Shown: positions 23,901-26,899 of the stretch, piece after piece
Position numbering within the stretch: the stretch's first letter is position 1
How the letters are laid out: every line of letters begins with the position of its first letter
Virus record (IMG/VR): IMGVR_UViG_3300039180_000843
Span: 1-26,899 of that record
Source of the DNA: a virus
Taxonomy: Duplodnaviria > Caudoviricetes
Strand: one strand, 5' to 3'
DNA: 26,899 nucleotides
The notes under the pieces: model-generated
Database searches by the model: none
What the model saw: the letters and a program-made list of their open reading frames with translations, nothing else
Told to the model about the DNA's origin: nothing
Position numbers and translations under genes: made by a program

Positions 23901-26790
23901 AAAAATTAACCAAATATTAGAAGGAAAATACCAAGACACGCAGTCAGGTAGAAAAAAAGGATATAAAGTTAGTGATGATGTTCGTGTTAGGTTAGAGTCT
24001 ATAAAAGAAATACTTACTAATATTAATTCTAAAACAGATATTGATGTATTAGAAAATCTTGGTCAAGAGCTTGAAGATAAAATATCAGCTATTCAAAAAT
24101 TAGATTCAATAGAGATAGCGAAAATGACAGCAGACTACAGCGACTTGCAGATAGCCTTAAATTTTGTAAACGCACAGCTATCTTTAGATATTTCTATTGA
24201 AAAAACTGAAGGGTTACAGCTGGTCATTGATAATTTAAATGATTTAGTTAATGACGGTAAATCTGAATTAGAGGAAGCTATAAAAGCTAAACATTTTCAA
24301 TATATAAATAATTTTCAAAGAGCTTACTATGAAATAACTGGTAAAAAAATTGAAATGTATATTCCTAATCCTGAATTTGATAATTTACAGGTAGAGTCTA
24401 AGTCAAATCCAAAATTAATAAAAAATCCAGAGAGCAAACAAGCGCTTTTAGATTACACAGCTTTATCTAAAGCAAAAAAAGAAGGTGTTATAAATAAAGC
24501 TAAAGTAAAGTTTTCAGAACTAACCGAAGGAATGGTTGCTTTTATTATAGGTAACAATGATTTATTAAACTTAATGTCTAAGATTGGTAAAATGCCTGGT
24601 GAATTGTTTGGGGGAGACCTCCAGGAAATGGTTACATTTAAAATAGATGAGTCAACAAACGATTATAAAGCTCGTAAAATGGCTACAACTATAATCATGA
24701 ACGCAAAAGTAGAAGAAGTTTACGGTAGCAAATGGAGATCAAAATCACAAAAAGATAGTATACCTGCTTCAACAGGAATCGTTATGTCAAGTGGTGTAGA
24801 GATTGAGGATTTAAGTCAGAACCAAATGGCTTACTTAGTAAACCAGTACAAAGACCCATCTAACCAAGCTTCTTATGAAAACAAATACGGTAAAGACTAT
24901 CAGAGAGTAATGGACGAAATGGAAGCTCTGTTAAATGATGAGGTTAAAGAACTCATGAGATGGCAAGTAGAAGAGTTTTTTCCTTCTTTATATGATGGAT
25001 ATAATGAAATTTATAAAAAAGTTTACAGAACCTCTATGCCTTGGAATGAACACTATGCTGGTAGAATATACAGAGAAGGTGTTGAAGATAATTCAGCAGA
25101 TGTTTTATCAAATGGTAAAGGTGCTTACAAAGGTTTCGCTTCTCCTGGTTCTACAAAGTCAAGGGTCAATAATACAAAGGCTATAAAAAGTATGGATCAA
25201 ATGGCGGCAATGATGACTTATGTAAATGACATGAATTATTTTGCAGCATTTGGTGAAAACTTAAACGATATAGCTAATATTTTTGGAAATAAAAACATTA
25301 AAGATGCTATTGTAAATAATTACGGTAAAGGTCCTTTAAAGAGTATTGAAACTATGATAGACACTTTATCTAAAAGAGGTCTTTCAAAACAATATGGAAT
25401 GGAATGGATTAATAATGTTACTTCAACTTTTGTTATAGGAAGATTAGCAATTAACCCAACTATTTTTATTAAACAGTTGACATCTGCTCCAGCTTACGCT
25501 GTGCGAATTGGTTTTAGAAACTGGATGAAGTACGGAACAATGGGAATTCCTGACATGAAGACTAATTGGAAAGAAATAACTGACAACTCAGTTTATATAC
25601 AGGACAGATATGGTGAATCAATTTTAAGAACATTAGAAAGTTATGCTCCAAGTAAAGTTCAAACATTAATTCCATCAGATACTATGGGTAGTATTGTCGA
25701 TGTGTTAATGTATTTAGTTAAACAAGGAGATAAAGGAGCAATTGTAATTGGTGGTGTTCCTAATTATGCTTTTTACAAAGACCAGTATAGAAAGAAAAAT
25801 CCAGTAGCAACAGATCAAGAAGTAATTGATTATGCTGTAAAAATGTTTGAGAGAGACACAAAATCTTCTCAACAGTCAAGTGATATACAGGATAAAGACC
25901 AGTTTCAAACAGGAAATGTGTTTGAAAGAGGTGCAAATATGTTTTTAACATCTGTAAAGCAGTATTTACGAAAAGAAATGACAACCACACGAAATCTTTA
26001 CAGAAAAATAAAAAGTGGTGGTAAAGAAGGAAAAGGTACATACTGGGAGAATATTAAAACATTAGCCATGTATCATTCTATATTACCAGTTATCTTCCAA
26101 TATATTGCTGCTGGACTCCCTGGTGTTTTAGCCCCATGGGAAGATGAAGATGAAGAGACTTTATTAAGAGCTGCTTTATTAGGAAACTTAAATGGTTTAT
26201 TTCTTATTGGATCATTAGTTGATGCTTATGGTGACTTCATGACATCTAAACCATGGACAGGTAAAGACCAGTCACAAATTCCGTTGCTTTCTATAGGTTT
26301 AAAGTTTTTTAGAGAACTTAATGAAGCCAATAGGTATAATATAGAGTCTGTTGATAAAAACGGTAAACAAAGAACTCAAGAAGCAATTAACGAAAGCATA
26401 GCTGGTAAACAAGCAGCTACTAAAAAAGCTTTTTATAATCTTGCTAATTCTGGTTTACCTTTAAAACAAGTCGAGCGTTTAATTAAAAATGCAGATTTAA
26501 TTACCAGTGGTAAAGCAAAAGGTACTGAGTTAATATTAAGGATTTTCCAATTTTCTGATTATCAGGTTACCTCTAAAGAACAAAGGGATGCGGCTAAGAA
26601 AAAGAAAAAGAAACCGAGAACTAAAAAATTAACAAACAAAGAGTTGCAAAAATATGACCCAGAGGCTTACGAAAGAAAGATGGAAATTCAAAATCGAATC
26701 CGAAACTCTGATTTATATATACAACAACAGGAAATAAAAAGACAACAAAAAGAACGAAGAGAGCAAATGCTTGACGAAATGTATAACTAA
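17917..26790 (+). CDS. Giant multidomain virion cargo / polyvalent protein with zincin-like metallopeptidase domain
   Basis: 2957 aa; Gly-rich hydrophobic helices (about 19620-20210 and 26060-26220); RGMY...TIHIN...TVAHEIFH (HExxH at 21256-21270) with downstream EE; long helical C-terminal region. Confidence 0.75.
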   Translation: MAENNEELLKNIWNQLTSDNQTTSDFETWKTNFSGSEEIQGNIYNYLKKNNFTESDFDTWSTNVGLKKKENLEEEISSGVEEVTESVQTDGSSDSSDTNLLDNPVGQPQEIAQEVITQEVDTTSSINGVEVENKVFNEFSDNSDTVENQAKDPFSSSINVVTQDLISGSEEQAVPLLKYHFEQYGFNFEEASIGDVIDVTAANGEKTSIDLDNYFSSNDAEETAALKSFLEKNKTESRRIYSLENKYTALERKISEDKDIDTSVGLLNTQANVFNKQLQGWLQDKRIIDQQAANFSGLTQQELDQPGVREAYINFQNAKSKNDFERAGIIERDNDLKTQGYILDQTMGRYSEMQAKRGQTTGAMIDAIWTGVGRKITGAASLLTDAYVNYDEFGGAGVGAFNRIAQDVALKMYGTKKDLEGAPPSRKGGEAYKLYQEEYKKQNPNSTDKERKAYAVEMIAKESEESEQNYKSYLLNSGLTEDQIENVKAKAKDVLAKQSKFDIYNLNEEGGYDLKKIPGGGRYSKEARAKNISDLSENSMIETLRTAPAEMLGSSSTTKEYSDLMKEGFWGGAYLGLMESIPAMMGGPGAAGFAQRTAGMFMQVSDHVNEEMFKDPDFANISENEKLTVALPLGIVVGVLESVGFRNVVKQKGLMNKVLLKALGKYKGLRQVQKRGFQDVVRQEVDNMIARGVLTVVAGGVAEFETGVAQEIADIGIKSIYNSVKESDMFQTPESIGDGINQILRAGAQEAVGGFIMGVPGAMSNAAASKDFTRLDDGVFEVFEDMVGDGTSTKLIDIQLKNKVNSGELTVKQAKEQQDIFNELKGVYNKIPSDYSTKQKKLALGLLLNKQDLEQRIAGKDPSSVKSIQDKIDGINVALEKIGRDALAATENPNKGRVDDEEKIITEEDAITSLKEQGIENPTEEQIKTEQDALQKQSTESVDAQESSTSSETMGQSLPNSQSTNESETESKSKTEKKSQEEIDKEEASDFEALVDPDSKVESDIDNLPGKKQTVSNDKGVDIDLEVNEEGPNLSFTKKGKAEQKNEFSNQILNQAKTAAKAISKIFPTIKIVVHRDNEQYRKIDPDNDRGMYQPKDNTIHINLSEANGRTVAHEIFHAVLLNKLKMNDKVARVVTKKMVQALSRSKTLDKATRTELKKFLKNYDSEIQNEEKLSEIVGMVADNYTSLDVSSKSVIRKWVEKIAAGLGIEIGQSEADVVDLLNAIARKTVTGQEITEGDLKVIDDFEGGKNVKNPADALARKSVGNFEVSYTQQESIEQLIKDGRVTQPENVSFLNNMYTTVTSPDDMLAGEIKYNGVVIFEGEGGVFFVTKFGDVWASGKKGTAETIANALNKQLKQNGGKAFLTLTKGTDSKLVSSASGVNSTLAILNTMLDKKLISPSLFRSAVSNTVKKADGEINLRQSAKDLKTDIKKYFTDPSTSTFEKRGFIVKDIVGEIAKNIPKESQAAIAEFLGGDKLRSVAKGNTVLKGGKPGSQSLVDLIAKVAAEKLTKGLSVGDVYAVIEINGEVEVNKDSHPSYPFHIALKDGTQPILHLPKKREAGSKILVQKGADGKYNLDYAVRNVSVVEGQYDTEAAATAVDEGAKRRLDKKSPKKKETETETPEVRKQKSDAEKLGLLFKMNLKGFMPNTIPLGELQRSARRLGLRVERALFKEGYQKGQVAGYYFSNGVTQNGKPRFYNPRAGVRKQQSMGEIGRSETEAINIIKLGRENNITDNTIVDYLKRNTSLLMKDIKPLMKVSNFVLKNVPEVFGNIKGGMMSGIKVFNKVYEFRKNLLDNNLTATGKAISKLNAKIDEIKASKSQLELFDTKSIEKKDAEIKKLENQISKIQTIAKDTNRKFYKFTQEEIDNATLDFLQSQPEYIAASNKGAYSTLQAQMTSQMMNAFEGGVMRGDAAARIKLARKLIQRKGKSDLQATQRDLRNFIRKSLPSYIFQKPEVVKFMRQITAANPKNIENLKEEVLEYVNEKTNTELTKKINQILEGKYQDTQSGRKKGYKVSDDVRVRLESIKEILTNINSKTDIDVLENLGQELEDKISAIQKLDSIEIAKMTADYSDLQIALNFVNAQLSLDISIEKTEGLQLVIDNLNDLVNDGKSELEEAIKAKHFQYINNFQRAYYEITGKKIEMYIPNPEFDNLQVESKSNPKLIKNPESKQALLDYTALSKAKKEGVINKAKVKFSELTEGMVAFIIGNNDLLNLMSKIGKMPGELFGGDLQEMVTFKIDESTNDYKARKMATTIIMNAKVEEVYGSKWRSKSQKDSIPASTGIVMSSGVEIEDLSQNQMAYLVNQYKDPSNQASYENKYGKDYQRVMDEMEALLNDEVKELMRWQVEEFFPSLYDGYNEIYKKVYRTSMPWNEHYAGRIYREGVEDNSADVLSNGKGAYKGFASPGSTKSRVNNTKAIKSMDQMAAMMTYVNDMNYFAAFGENLNDIANIFGNKNIKDAIVNNYGKGPLKSIETMIDTLSKRGLSKQYGMEWINNVTSTFVIGRLAINPTIFIKQLTSAPAYAVRIGFRNWMKYGTMGIPDMKTNWKEITDNSVYIQDRYGESILRTLESYAPSKVQTLIPSDTMGSIVDVLMYLVKQGDKGAIVIGGVPNYAFYKDQYRKKNPVATDQEVIDYAVKMFERDTKSSQQSSDIQDKDQFQTGNVFERGANMFLTSVKQYLRKEMTTTRNLYRKIKSGGKEGKGTYWENIKTLAMYHSILPVIFQYIAAGLPGVLAPWEDEDEETLLRAALLGNLNGLFLIGSLVDAYGDFMTSKPWTGKDQSQIPLLSIGLKFFRELNEANRYNIESVDKNGKQRTQEAINESIAGKQAATKKAFYNLANSGLPLKQVERLIKNADLITSGKAKGTELILRIFQFSDYQVTSKEQRDAAKKKKKKPRTKKLTNKELQKYDPEAYERKMEIQNRIRNSDLYIQQQEIKRQQKERREQMLDEMYN
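17947..18108 (+). repeat. Two 23-aa protein repeats at the N-terminus of the giant protein
   Basis: NIWNQLTSDNQTTSDFETWKTNF (17947-18015) and NIYNYLKKNNFTESDFDTWSTNV (18040-18108). Confidence 0.75.
18114..18123 (+). other. A10 homopolymer, candidate frameshift/slippage site
   Basis: CTA AAA AAA AAA GAA; both alternative frames stay open for about 33 codons. Confidence 0.45.
20711..20866 (+). CDS. Overprinted 51-aa basic protein MPYKSKAQRAWMHKNLPRVAKRWDKAYPTASLPTRVKPKAKVKLKRNPKRK (+1 frame of the giant gene)
   Basis: ATG to TAG read by hand; A-rich leader; host-frame codons shift to C/G endings across it; resembles a recalled small phage protein family (MPFKSxxQR.W....P..A..W). Confidence 0.7.
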   Translation: MPYKSKAQRAWMHKNLPRVAKRWDKAYPTASLPTRVKPKAKVKLKRNPKRK

Positions 26791-26795
26791 AATGT

Positions 26796-26899
26796 ATGGC
26801 ATTTGATGAACACCTTTGCATGTTGCAAAGCTATAGAATTTTAACTGGGAAAGACTCTTTCAACACACTGCTGGAAGAGTTTGAACAAGTGGAATTAGT
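26796..26899 (+). CDS. Start of next gene (MAFDEHLCMLQSYRILTGKDSFNTLLEEFEQVEL...), 3'-truncated, function unknown
   Basis: ATG 5 nt after the giant gene's stop, open to the window end. Confidence 0.6.
   Translation, partial: MAFDEHLCMLQSYRILTGKDSFNTLLEEFEQVEL

Noticed and set aside
24992-25186. 64-aa alternative-frame plus-strand ORF in the giant gene
   Set aside because: No codon shift in the host frame and no recognisable motif, unlike 20711-20866.
165-26821. Short minus-strand ORFs in the track (e.g. 1723-2076, 20520-20831, 21732-22091)
   Set aside because: All lie antisense to long plus-strand genes, have shadow-like S/F/L-rich composition and no supporting signals.
1-26899. Genome-wide stop-codon reassignment as in some crAss-like phages
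   Set aside because: The standard code already gives long, densely packed genes with no internal TAG/TGA fragmentation.
1-26899. CRISPR array, tRNA/rRNA, integrase, transposase or reverse transcriptase/DGR
   Set aside because: Intergenic gaps are under about 100 nt and filled by terminators or promoters; no repeat-spacer pattern, catalytic motifs or adenine-specific repeat pair seen.

Overview
AT-rich, gap-free, all-plus-strand virion morphogenesis module of a podovirus-like phage, most likely crAss-like and infecting Bacteroidota (TAnnTTTG promoters, no Shine-Dalgarno sites). Inferred order: portal (5'-truncated), acidic scaffold-like protein, major capsid protein, conserved head-region protein, a small separately regulated gene, two ring/tail-tubular proteins, muzzle/stabilisation protein, a Cys-rich repeat protein, a detached muzzle C-terminal part, a GNAT-like protein, three ejection/cargo proteins (284, 704, 2957 aa) and the start of a further gene. 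Product calls come from recalled family features and gene order, not database searches. Most notable: (1) a 51-aa basic gene overprinted in the +1 frame of the giant gene; (2) a muzzle gene apparently split by a 2.4-kb Cys-rich insert bounded by an in-frame direct repeat; (3) an A10 slippery site in the giant gene followed by codon bias suggesting a second coded frame; (4) fused terminator-promoter repeats that make the small gene a cassette; (5) RKQxS-delimited modules beside a HExxH protease domain.
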